Source: Camelus dromedarius
Taxonomy: Eukaryota
Direction: 5' to 3'
Assembly: GCF_036321535.1 (NCBI RefSeq)
Contig: NC_087437.1
Span: forward strand, 31,002,001 to 31,066,000
DNA length: 64,000 nt
The notes beneath the pieces were generated by a model, which was not told the DNA's origin, ran no database searches, and was given only the letters and a program-made list of their open reading frames with translations. Positions 1 to 12,238 of this stretch are shown here, piece after piece. Position 1 is the first letter of the stretch; each line of letters starts with the position of its first letter. The position numbers were made by a program, and so were the translations under genes.

Positions 1-888
1 TCTTGTCTCCACAGCAATGTTATAATTTATTTTCTGAAGGGATCACTTTCTCTCCCTGGCTTTCTGTCTGTCTGTCTCTGTACTCTTAACATCTAGAATA
101 TAGCTTGCACTTAATTGGTGTCCAATGCTTTTTTTTTTTTTTAAATTAATGGATGGATGAATAAAGTTATCAAGAGAGCTAACCACTCACCTAGCAAGGT
201 CCAGGGACAATGGCTTCAATAAAAGTTAAGGAGGCCTGGAGCACAGCAGGGGTAGAGGAGGCAGAAATAGCCTATTGGGGAAACACAGTGGGTTTCCAAG
301 ATAGCAGGAGCCAGTCTGAGAACAATAGGTGCTTCATTTGGGTAAAGGGAGTCAGCACAGGACTGAAAGGAAGGAGATGAGTTGAAATTGGAGTGGGCAG
401 TCTTGAAAAGAATTTTTCTATGGTAGTCACTTGACTATTTTCCCATGATATTTTCTCCTTCTTATAGTCTCATTTTTGAAAAATAAATGCAATATTTTAT
501 CCCCCCTCACAGTTTCTTCTCTTTTGAGCTGTCATTGTAAAAAGCAGCAATTTGGAACATCTAAAGATAGAGTATTTATAATCTCAAAGTAGAGTTATTT
601 ACAATTTATATTTAAAAAACTCTGTGAAATTCACTTGTTTACATATTTAGAGAATTGTTATATATCCCCCCTGATAATTTTGGAAAAACAATTTGGATAT
701 AAAAGGCATAATGTGAAAATACAAATAGACCAGATATACTAGTTAGGATAATTTAACTGCTGGAACAAACAAACCCCTAAATCTTAGAAGTTTAACAGAT
801 TAACACTTAACACACACTAAGACTTATGTATGTGTTATTAGCCAGACTGCTCTCCGGGATGCCCCTCTTCCAGGCAGTGATTCAGGGA

Positions 889-1334
889 TGTTGCTGGATA
901 ATCTGTATTTGCCCCACCAGACCCATTCTCTGCCTTCCCCACTCTGCTCTGTGCCCCTGTGGACTGCATCACATTAACTCCCTTACCCTACAGCTTCCAG
1001 TGGATTTGGCCAATGAGAGGCACCAGTGGGAGACTGCAGAGTGAGAGGAGAGGTTAGGGTCTTTGTTGTTTCAATCATGGCTCACTCTTCTATTTGTAAC
1101 CGCCCCCGTCCCCCCCATGGCCTTGCTCTCACCAGGTGCCATGTTTGCTGAGCTGTTCCCTTCCTTCTTACACCTGAGTGTGAGAACAGCTTCCCGTTGT
1201 TCCTAGTCCCAGGTGCTTCACCATACTGTGTTAGATCCTTTAACTTTGCCCACTCATGTCAATAGTCCTACTTTAAACTCTCTTCCCTTCTGAGAGCATA
1301 TCATCTGTTTCCTGCTGGAACCCTGACTCAAACA
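889..1334. mobile_element. ERVL solo LTR (LTR33/LTR16-like) inside an older MaLR LTR
   Basis: TG...CA termini; gatttggccaatgagaggcacc and tttcctgctggaaccctgact...aca motifs; MLT1-like flanks at about 735-888 and 1335-1450. Confidence 0.6.
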
Positions 1335-2079
1335 GTGACCCAAGTTTCTTTCATTTCACGATGCTGCCATCTTCAGTGCAAGCTTTGCAGGTTCCAGTTC
1401 ATGGAGGGATGTAAATAGTCTGCGGGGAGATCTCATGGTGCCTAGTCCGGGACCTGGGCCTTATGAACTTTTAAAATGTTAAACAAGAGCACAATTCAAG
1501 GGCAAAGACTCCACTGAGGAGAAAATATTAGGAGCAAGATCCAAACTGGTCAGGACAAGGACAAAAAGGGGCAAAGAAATAAAGGGTTCAGTCCAAATGA
1601 TCAAAGTAAACCTTACTGATTTAAAACTTTGTTGTATTGAAACATATGATAGAGTTGGGCTTAGGTCTAAAGGTTTTAGATGCTTAGGTCCAAAGGGTCA
1701 TGATCATAGTCAGTTATTTTTGCTCATGGGGTGAAGCAATGGCAAAGATAATCTCAAATTATTCGTTAGCTATTACTGTCATACGACTGATTTTATCAAT
1801 AGACATTCCAGGACTATTTAGTGTGTTTGCTGTAAAATGATGTGGAATGTGGCTGCCAATTTTCCCATCAGTTCGCCAGCACTCAGAACACTTTGGAGTG
1901 CCTTATGGAAATTCTTTTGGAGTTTGGAAGACGTTGTTTTGAGTATCTTCAATTATGAAAATACTTTTTCAGAATGATTCGATTTTTACATATTTATTTA
2001 CTGTTAAACACTGAAAGAAAAATCTAAGAGAAAGAAGAAAAGTTAAAGGTTGAATGGAATAAGCAATGGGGTAAAGCAA

Positions 2080-2310
2080 AACGAAAATGCAATGTTGACT
2101 ACCACTTTGGGAAGCTATTTGCACTGTCTACTGGAGCTGAATGTATATACACCTTACGACCCTGCAGATTTACTCCCAGGAATATGCTGACTAAATTACA
2201 TCTGGATGCTTACCAAGAATCTACCCAAATGCCCATCAACAGTAGAATGGGTAAATAAATTGAGATATACTCACACAATGAAATACTGTACAGCAATGAG
2301 GATAAATGGA
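2080..2310 (+). mobile_element. Old L1 ORF2 3' fragment
   Basis: ORF 2206-2388 contains PKCPSTVEWVNKL, an L1 ORF2 C-terminal motif. Confidence 0.65.
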
Positions 2311-3498
2311 CTGCTTTGTGGGGAAAGGCTGCAGAAGGGTAAAGCTGAGAGCTGGAAGAACAATTTAGAAGTGATTACTGTCATCTAGGCAAGAGATCAC
2401 GATGGCTTCGACCAACAGCAGAGCTCTCAGCAATTTGTGGCTAGTTAGGCACTGTTACATCAGATCTCTTGATCTAATTTAGACATTTGACAATTGCACT
2501 TTGATGTGCACGTTCAAAAGAAAAGGGGAGAAGGCTACATTAGAAAGCTACAATTTAAGCATCACTTCCAAAAATAATCCCATTATTTTGTATTGGCTTT
2601 TGCTGCCTTTTGAAATTCTGATTAATAAGGGACTCATTTAAGCTGATGAAGCCACCTGGGTAGAAAATGATTTTCTCAGAGTGGTTGCCAGAGCTCTTTC
2701 ATAATTAAAAACTTGAATGAAAATCTTCCGGCTTCTTTCCCATTTTAAAGTTTAAGTATCTGTGAGTGAACACAGACCTTTCCCCCTTTATCTTTATTTT
2801 GTATAGTAATTCTTTTACAAGTGCTGCTAGAGAAGAGCCCATGTTCTAGGTGGTGTCAAGAGAATGGAAGTGGATGTGGGATGCAGATGCTGTTTCTGTT
2901 CCCTAAAAAAAAAATGGTGGGCTAACAGAAACCATCACTTGGTACAAATGATGTGTGAAACAGAAAAACACAGCTTGAGTAGCTTATAAATCTGATGATA
3001 TGCAAAGAATTTAGAGTTACAGTCCAACCAGTAAATGCCTTTTTTCCCTCCTCCTAAAGACATCAAAATTAATTTCTACCCCTCTCTTTGAAGCTTCTCT
3101 CCACGATGCGCTGCTTTTTTGGGCTGGAGGATATTGATTCATAGGTAAAGCATAAGGATTTCTAAGGCCAAGAACAAATTAGTTACTACATTCTTATTAG
3201 TGGGATTATTATTGCTTTATCAATTGCACTTTAAAAGTAAGTCTTCCTACAGTGGTAAGTGGATAGAAAGAGTAGCCAAGTCAACATGCTCAGCTAGATC
3301 CCTGACTGGGGAAGGCAAGACACAATGATTTACTTGGTAACCTAGTCTCTCAGAACTGGTTGGAAACAGCAGAGCAAACTGAGTAAATGCGAAGGATTTA
3401 GAATAACATGGTTTGGGTATATTTAAATCTAGATGAGTTACCTTATTCCTCTAAGCACAATTCCTGGCACACAGTAAACATTCAATAACTGTTAGCTG

Positions 3499-3770
3499 AA
3501 GACTCATAGACATAGAATACAAACTTGTGGTTGCCAAGGGGGCAAAGGGTGGGAAGGGATAGATGGGATTTCAAAATTGTAGACTAGATAAACAGGATTA
3601 TACTGTATAGCACAGGGAAATATACACAGGATCTTATGGTAGCTCACAGAGAAAAAAATGTGACAATGAATATATATATGTTTATGTATAACTGAAAAGT
3701 TGTGCTCTACACTGGAATTTGACAGAACATTGTAAAATGATTATAAATCAATACAAAATGTTAAAAAAAT
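3499..3770 (+). mobile_element. Young L1 3' UTR fragment
   Basis: Reverse complement of the same 3' UTR type seen at 47930-48190 and 35890-36150; A-rich tail. Confidence 0.9.
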
Positions 3771-3783
3771 AACATTTAGCTGG

Positions 3784-4594
3784 ATTATCAGAGAAATGCA
3801 AATCAATACTACAATGAGGTATCACCTCACACCAGTCAGAATAGCCATCGTTAAAAAGTCCACAAATGATAAATGCTGGAGAGGACACGGAGAAAACCCT
3901 CCTACACTGTTGGTGGGAATGTAAATTGGTGCAGCCATTATGGAAAACAATATGAAGATTCCTTATAAAACTGAAAATAGAGTTGCCATTTGATCCAGCA
4001 ATCTCACTCCTGGGCATATATCCAGAGGAAACTCTAATTTGAAAAGATACATGCACCCCAATGTTCACAGCAGCACTATTTACAATAGCCAAGACTTTGA
4101 AGAAGGCTAAATGTCCACTGACAGATGATTGCATAAAGAAGATAAAGAAGAAATATATAAATGGAATACTACTCAGCCATAAAAAGAATGAAACACTACC
4201 ATTTGCAGCAACATGGATGGACCTAGAGATTATCATACTAAGTGAAATAAGTCAAAGGCAAATACTATATGATATCACTTATATGTGGAATCTAAAATGT
4301 GATACAGATGAACTTATTTACAAAACAGAAACAGACTCACAGACATAGAAAGCAAATTTATGGTTATCAAAGGGGAAATGGGGTAAGGGAAGGATAAATC
4401 AGGAGTCTGGGATTAGTAGATATGAACTACTATATATAAAATAGATAAACTACAAGTTTCTACTATAGCACAGGGAACTATATTCAATATCCTGTAGTAA
4501 ACCATAATGGAAAAAGAATATGGACTGAATTACTATGCTGTACACCAGAAACTAACACAACATTGTAAATCAACTATACGTCAATAAAAAAAAA
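3784..4594 (+). mobile_element. Older L1 3' fragment (ORF2 C-terminus + 3' UTR)
   Basis: ORF 4061-4348 ([12 protein letters not shown]...[19 protein letters not shown]) is the L1 ORF2 C-terminus; aataaaaaaaaa tail. Confidence 0.9.
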
Positions 4595-4608
4595 TAACCG
4601 TTAGCTGG

Positions 4609-4790
4609 TATCTTAGTCTGTTTGGGCTGCTATAACCAAATGCCACAGACTGGGTAGCTTATGAATAAGAACCACTTATGTCTCACAGTTCTGGAGCCTG
4701 GGAAGCCCAAGGTCTTGACAGTGACAGACTTGGTGTGTGGTGAGGGCCTGCATCTACATAGTGCAAGGGGTCTCTCTGGGGCCTCGTGTG
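4609..4790. mobile_element. MaLR LTR fragment (MLT1A-like)
   Basis: tcttagtctgtttgggctgctataaccaaatgccacagactgggtagctta...ctcacagttctggag is the MLT1 terminus. Confidence 0.8.
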
Positions 4791-7289
4791 GAATCAAGAT
4801 ACAGAGGGGACTACACATAATAAGTTTTTGTTCATTTTTAAAGTTTCTAAGCAGTACTGGCATCAGGTTGTACTTTAGTCCATTGTTCTGGCTGTATTGG
4901 ACCTTCCTCAAACATGGTCCTGCTCTGTAATAAATGCCATACTAATGGATACTTAAAACACCATTACAGAACCTGAGATCACTTGCTTCTTGAGAAACAG
5001 TGTTTATCTAAGGAATGAAGCCACCTTTAAGCCATAGTTACCCATGAAGGTCAACATAGTATGCTGCTGGTTTGGGGTCTTCCATCCAGTGACCTAGGCC
5101 ACAGCAGCTAAAGCTGGTTTAATACAAACCTCTACAAACCCACTAAGATCAAAATGCCGTGCCTACTCACTGAAGTTCAAGGCTCACAACCACACTTCTT
5201 GGCCCTCCCCAAAAACCTCTCTGCATGAATATTTTACCCTCCCCAATTCCATACCTTTGCTTAAATTTTAGTGTGAGAATTTTACATTTCCAGCCCATGA
5301 AGTTTCATTGAGAATGTACTGAACAAATTAAACCTTCCTCTTCTTTCTGGGTTTTTAAACAAAGATATGTCAAACAGTAGCCAAAATGCCATCTTTATTA
5401 GGATAAACACCAAGTTGAGGATGTAACTTATTGTGAGAGTTAAGTGGGTTTCCTAAATCTGGTCTCAAGAATTAAATTGACTTAACCCCTGCAGCCACAG
5501 GCAATGCCAGGCTGGGACAGGATTCCCCACCATGAGAAACTGCCCAGGTAAGACTCTGGTCATGGGAAGGCAAGGGAAAATTCCCAGACCCTATGAGCAT
5601 CTCATTCCCAAAGAAAATGGGAGATAAGTTGTCTGAGCTCAGCTGTGTCACTCCGCTTCCCCTCAGAGATGAGTCAGCATTGGAGAGATGCCAAGGGTGT
5701 TTGTTAGACTAGTTGACTTTCCTAAACAGGTAAGGAGTCAGGAATAGGAAAGAGATATTCCAACTCAGCATGGGCTCAAGATAGAAACTAAAATAACTTC
5801 TGTGATTTATCAGTAAAAATGTATATATTAGGAGGTACTATTGTTCCATTATCAGTATTGTGTTCCTTTTAGTTCCTGTAGTTGCCTGCTGCACTGGTCT
5901 AATTATGGGTAGACATATGGTGATTTTGCAGCAGTCAGGAGAAGGCAGGAGGAATCATTTATGGATGGTTTACCATGAACTCTAATGATGGTTACATAAA
6001 ATGCCGGCTCTATTTCTTGCCTGTATTTTAATGCTACCCATCACAACACAAACTGAAAAATTTCTAAGCCTTTAAGCATGGGGAAAATAACAGTGACCTT
6101 TTTTTTCCCCATAATTTTTTTGTGTGTGTGTGTTCTTTATTTTCTACTTCTGAGAAAGTAAAATATCCCTAAGAACAAGTTGACTCAATTTATTTTCAAA
6201 CTGTAACCTCCTTTCAGACTTCTAATTTAAAGGTGGTAACGGATACACAGCTTTGACCTTAACACATTAATGTTGCATTTTAAAAGCCAGGTAATATGGG
6301 GCCATGGGGCGTTTCTCAGATTTAGAATCCTGATCACTTAATAATGTCACTGTCCCTATCATTATACAGTATCAGGTGCTTGCTGAACTGGAGGCTGATG
6401 TTTTGGGTCTGTGTAACCAAGATACAGAGGAAACTGGTGAGCATAGCTGACCCTTCAGGAAGCCTTAGGACTTATGATGTAAAAATGTGCTAACAGGCAG
6501 GTTTATCTGGGCTTCCAAAGAAAGTACAGGGGTATTGAAAAGGCAGAAGTACTCTGCCTCTACTTGCCCACTCGTGGTGATGGCCATTTCCCTGGCAGGG
6601 TGGGATAAAGTCTGGGGTTGGACCAGGTGACTTGTTAGGATTCCAGTGGTCAGTTTGAAAAATCACCAAGTACTTGCTCATTTCTTGCTGTGGCCCCAGC
6701 AGTGAAGTCTATTTGCCAGTGAGGGGAAGAAACATGGGCAGATGCAGAGGGCCTGTGGGAGAATGAAGACCTCAGGCCTCATCTTGGGTGTTTACATTGT
6801 AGCAAGGGAGAAAAAACAGATGCGCACAGTCATTTGATGAATGCCAAAAGTTTGGTCAGTTAAAGAGACAGTTTAAGGACATTTAGAATACCTTGGACAC
6901 ATCACTTACCATCCCTGAGACATATCTTTTTGTCTAAATTTCCTCATGTTATAAGGCTGTCCTAAAAATGTCTATCTGGTAGAGTTAAGAGAGGATTATA
7001 TGAGATGATGCTTATAAGGCACTTATGAGTTTGGCCTCAAAAAACACTGAATGCTAGACTTGTGCCATTTAATCATTGTAAAGCAAAGTGCCTGGATCAT
7101 GTTTTCTGTGATTCCTGCAGGAAAGTTTTATTAACATTTAATGTTAATAAATAAAACATTTAATTTTGTACGGGATTGACATAAGAAACATTTACTTTCC
7201 GCAAAACTGGGGTTTTGCATTGTCCATTATGTAACTCTTCCATAAACACCTGAGTGATAAACCATTCCAACTCCAAAAGTGAAATGAGA

Positions 7290-8070
7290 AGAGGATGTGA
7301 AAAAAAAATTCACAAAAGGAGAAATAAAAACAGCTAGTGAATATCAGAAAACAAAGATGCTTAACATCATTAATAAAGAAATGAAAACTAAAACATCAAT
7401 GAGACATTATTTTCATGGGCCCCATTGTAAAGATTAAAATGTTAATTCTCAGTATAAATTGCAGAAACAGGCTTTCTCATACTTGTGTGAGTGAAAATTG
7501 GTTCAAACTTTCTGGAAAGAAACATGACAATGTATTAACCAATCTAAGAGTTTTCCTGGTTCCAACCCAGTAATTACATTTATTGACATTTATCCCTGGG
7601 ACATAGTCAAGTATATATGAAAGGATTTATCTTCAGCACTGTCTTTATTTGCTGTAACTTCACCCCAAAATCTTTAAATTACAACAATAGGAAGTTACTT
7701 AAATAAATTACATGATGAAAATACAGTGAAATACCATACGACTATTTAATTTTAAGGGCTATTTAAGGGAGAAATGCTTTATTGATGTAGCATTTATTTA
7801 AAAAGTACAGAATATTCAAGGTTTCATTAAATGTTTCTACTGAAAAATGACATGAATAATTACCATTTTTCTAATTCTGTGGGATAATGTTCATATCATG
7901 TTGTTAAGAAAAAAACAGATTACAAAACAATATTACAGTATAATTGTAATTTTATATAAAAGTGTATTTCTAGATGATATTGGAACTCTGCACATCATAT
8001 GTGAACAATGATTATTTCTGGAAGCTGGGATTATGTATGATTTTAGTTTCATCATTTATATTTTCCTTTA
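7290..8070 (+). mobile_element. Ancient L1 (L1ME-like) 3' fragment
   Basis: A-rich degraded ORF2 end and 3' UTR motifs. Confidence 0.6.
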
Positions 8071-8959
8071 TTTACTGATTTTTCTTTTAAAATTTAGTTT
8101 TAATTACACAAGTAATAACACACATCTATTCACTGTAATAAAATACTCAGACAGTACTGAAGTATAGAGCACAAAGTGCAAGTCCACCTTCCACTGCATT
8201 TCACCCAAGCACCCCAATGCTCATGCTCTTTAGTTATGGTTTGGGGATGCCTTCCCAGAACCTTTTCTGGGGGTTCAGGAACCCCACACTACCTTCTCTG
8301 CACCATTCTAGTTTGCAGGCCACAGACTGGCTGCTTGCAGCCATTTTTCCTGGGCTCTTCCGGATGCAGTGCTCTGCTGAATGCGGGCCTGCTCTGAGAA
8401 GCTATCGGCATCCCCTGGCTCTGTCAAGGCAACAGGGCTCCCTGGAAATTCCTGACCTTCTCCACATTACTGACCCTGAGAGCATCTAATATTGTGCTCT
8501 TTTCTTCTTTCCTCCTCCTCCCCTCTCAGTCAGACATGTTTCCACCCATCCTCAGGTAGGTATGAGCTCCTGAATTCTCATTGCCTTTGGATTTTGAAAA
8601 TTTCCCAGTTGGCCAAGCCTTGGTTTATAAGGGAATCTTTACAATAATGGAATTCATTCTCAATAAATGTTAGCTTTCAAGACTTCCTTTCTTCTCTCCC
8701 TGTCCATCCCTTCCTCCATTTCTCCCTCTCCTCTTCCCCCTTCCTTTCCTCCTCCCTCCTTCCTTCCTCTCTTTCTGTTCTACACTAAAACTTATTTATA
8801 AGTCCTCTAACACTGACTCCTTTCATTTTGTATTTCTGCTCAAATAATCCTTAGCCTCTAGCTGAACTGGGAGTTCAAATACAAGGAAAAGAAAAAGAGA
8901 GAAAAAGAGCACAATGACATAGTTCAAAAAAATTCTTATCGAAGTGTAGAGTCTGAAAA

Positions 8960-11005
8960 GTTTATACTGTACATGCAGTTTTTTTAAGGTCAGTTTATAG
9001 AGGTCTAACTTATACATAGTAAAACCCACCCTCTTTAGGCGTACAGTGGATGAGCTTTGTCAGAGATACAGCCCTGTAAGCAAGATCACATCGAGAAGTG
9101 GAACATTTTCATCATCCCAAACACTTCCTTCAGGCCCCTTTGAAGCCCGTCTCTCCCTTTCTTAGCCTCTTGGAGCCACTGATGTGATCTATAATTTTGC
9201 CTTTTCTAGGATGTGATATACATTACAGTATATAATGTAAATACTCTGGCTTCTGCTTTATATTATATTAAGCTTTTGAGATTCATCCATTTTGTGCATT
9301 AGTACTAGTTTAATCTTTTATTACGAGGTAGTATTACATCGTGTGAAGGTATAATAATTGGTTTGTTTATTAGCTGATAGACATTTAGGTTGCTTCTAGT
9401 TTTTTTAGTGATTATGAACAAAGCTACTATAAACCTTTACATATAGTTCTTTCAATGGACATAATGTTTTCTTTTGTCTTAGGTTAATACCTAGTAGTAG
9501 GACTGCTGGGTCCTCTAAGTGTATAGTTAACTTTAAAGAAATATTAAAATATTTTCCAAAGTGGCTATACCATTTAGCTTTATACCAGTAATGTATATGA
9601 GTTCCAATTGCTCCACATCTGCAACGACATTGACTATTGTCAGGTTTTTTCCTTTTTTCTTTCTTTTCTTTAAAAAAAAAAATCTTAGCTTTTGCAGTAA
9701 GTGTGTAGTGGGATTTCATTATGTTTTAAATTTGTATTTCTCTAATTTAAATGGTGTTTAGCATCTTTTTGTGTACTTACCTGCCATTGGTATGTCTTCT
9801 TTGGTTAAGGATCTGTTTAAATCACTTACTTTAGAAAAGTTGAGTTGTTTGTTTCTTGTTATTGAACTGAAAGAATTCTTTATATATTTTGGATACAAGT
9901 CTTTTACCACACGTGTGTCTTGTGAATATTTTCTTCCAGTCGGCAGTTTGTCTTTTCATTTTCTCAGTAGTGTCTTTCAAAGAGTGCTAGTTCTCAGTTT
10001 TGATGAAGTTCAGTTTATTGATTTTTTTTTTTTTACAGCATGTGCTTTTTGTGTATTATCTAAGAAATCTTTACTTAACCCAAGGTGGCAAATGATTTTT
10101 CTATGTTTTCTTTTAGATGTTTTATATTTTAGGTTTCACATCGAGGTGTATGATCCATTTTGAGTTAATTTTTTATATGGTGTATGGTAATGTTTGCAGT
10201 TCATATTTTAGCATATGGAGAACCAATTTTTACAGCACCATTGAAAAGATTATCCTTTCTCCATGGTATTACTTTGGTACCTTTGTCAAAAATCAGTTCA
10301 GCAAATATGTTTATTTCTGGACTTTTTAATCCTGTACTGTTAATCTATATGCCTTTCCTTATGCTAATACCACACTCTATTGATTATTGTAGTTTTATGG
10401 GATGTCTTGAAATCAGATAGTGTGAATCCTCCGACTTTGTTTCTCCAAAATTAGCTTGTCTATTCTAAGTCCTTTGCTTTTCTATATAAGTTTTATAGTC
10501 AGTTACTCAATTTCTACAAAAAAGCAGGCTGGAATTTTTATTGGGATTGCATTGAATTGATAGCTCATGTTGGGCAGAATCAATATTTTAACAACATTGA
10601 GTCTTTCTATCTATAAATACAATACATTTATACATTTACTTTGCTCTTTTGTGATTTGTCTCATCCTTGTTTTGTGGCTTTTCACATACAAATTATGCAT
10701 GTTTTGTTAGATTTATCCCTAAATAGTTATGATTTTTGCTGATATTATAAATATAGCTTTATTTAAAATTTCAATTTCCAACTTTTCATTGCTAATTTAT
10801 ATAAACACAATTGACTTTTGTATACTGACCTTGTATTTTGCAGCTTTGCTAAACCCATTTGTAATTCTATTAGGATTTTTGTAAGTTCTTTGTAAACAGT
10901 TTTATTTTTTCATGTGATTCTTCTTTTCTTTTCTTTTTTTTGCTGTTTCACACTGGCTGAGTCCTCTAGTACAATGTTGAATAAGTTTTAAGAGCAGACG
11001 TCCTT
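8960..11005 (-). mobile_element. Old L1 (L1MB/MC-like) 3' portion
   Basis: L1M-type 3' end (gtacagtggatgagcttt...) followed by degraded antisense ORF2 sequence. Confidence 0.8.
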
Positions 11006-11009
11006 GATA

Positions 11010-11755
11010 TAGATATTGTCAATCTTTTAAATTATTGCCACATTAATCAATAGAAATGGCATATCATTAAAAATTTGCACTTCCCTGCTTACTAATGAAA
11101 CTGAATATCTTTTAGTATATTTATTGACAGTTTGTGTTTCTTTTGATAATTGCCTTCGTATGTCCTTTGTAAATTTTTCCTTTGTTTAGCTTCTCTGATA
11201 TGATTTTTATGTACTTCTGAAGTATCCTGCTTATTAATTTCTGTATGTTGCAACGTTTTCTCCCAGGATGTTGCTCATCTCAATTTAATATATTTTGGCT
11301 TTGGAATATAGAAATTTTAAATGTTATGGAGTCAAATGAATCAGACTTTTTTCTTTTATGATTTCTGAGTTTGTAGTTTGCTTAGGAGGGCTTTTCCACT
11401 TCAAGGTAATACAGATATTGTCTTATAATTTATTATTCTACTTTTATAGTTTGATTTTTTAATATTTAGGTCTTTAATCCATCTGGAATTTCTCTTTCTG
11501 CATAGTGTGTGAAAGATGTAGCTTGTAGTTGTATAAATGATTAGCCAGCTGCTCCAACATTCATTTAATTGAACATTTTACATTTCCTCTACTTCTTTGA
11601 AATGCCATATTTATCTTTTACTAAATGTTTATATGTCGATGAGTGTCTTTCTGGATTCTGATTTTTGTCCCTTTGTCTTATTTTTCTGAATTTTTGCTAG
11701 TACCATGTAATTTTTATTTCTAGAGACTTTCATATGTTTTGCTCTGGTAGGAGAA
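11010..11755 (-). mobile_element. Ancient L1 (L1ME-like) fragment
   Basis: Degraded antisense ORF2 C-terminal motifs (gtctttaatccatctggaatt). Confidence 0.65.
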
Positions 11756-11761
11756 TTCTAC

Positions 11762-12238
11762 TGTGGCAGATCCCATGGAGAGGCTGACTCCACATCCATT
11801 CTAACCCCTCTCAAAAGTGGCGAGGCTAAAGGCTATGGTGCACAGGTTCTCTTGCGATTGCAGTTCTGTCTGAGATTTAATATTTAAAAGGCAAAGTGGA
11901 TTACAGTGTTTTGGAGGCTACTCTTTGTCACTCTGCTGGTGAGCACAGAGGAGGGTACCTTTGGTTTTTCTGTAGCCATTGTAGCGGAGATGCCATGGTC
12001 TGGCCCCTACTTTGGGGTAGACTGTGGCAAATGTGGAGCATTATGCAGTCAGTGACTTCCTGACTCTGTGAGAAGCAGCTGTTGTATTAGTGGCCTAATT
12101 CTCTGTTGAGGCTTTGGGATATGGTACTGTTTTGTTCACCTTCCCATTGTATCTGGCACAGTACTTAATATCAAAATGATTTTCCTTGTGCTAATTAGAT
12201 GAATTCTGCTTTCTGAAGATAAGCCCTGACACAATACA
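11762..12238. mobile_element. ERVL-type solo LTR (old)
   Basis: tgtggcag start and ccctgacacaataca end. Confidence 0.5.
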
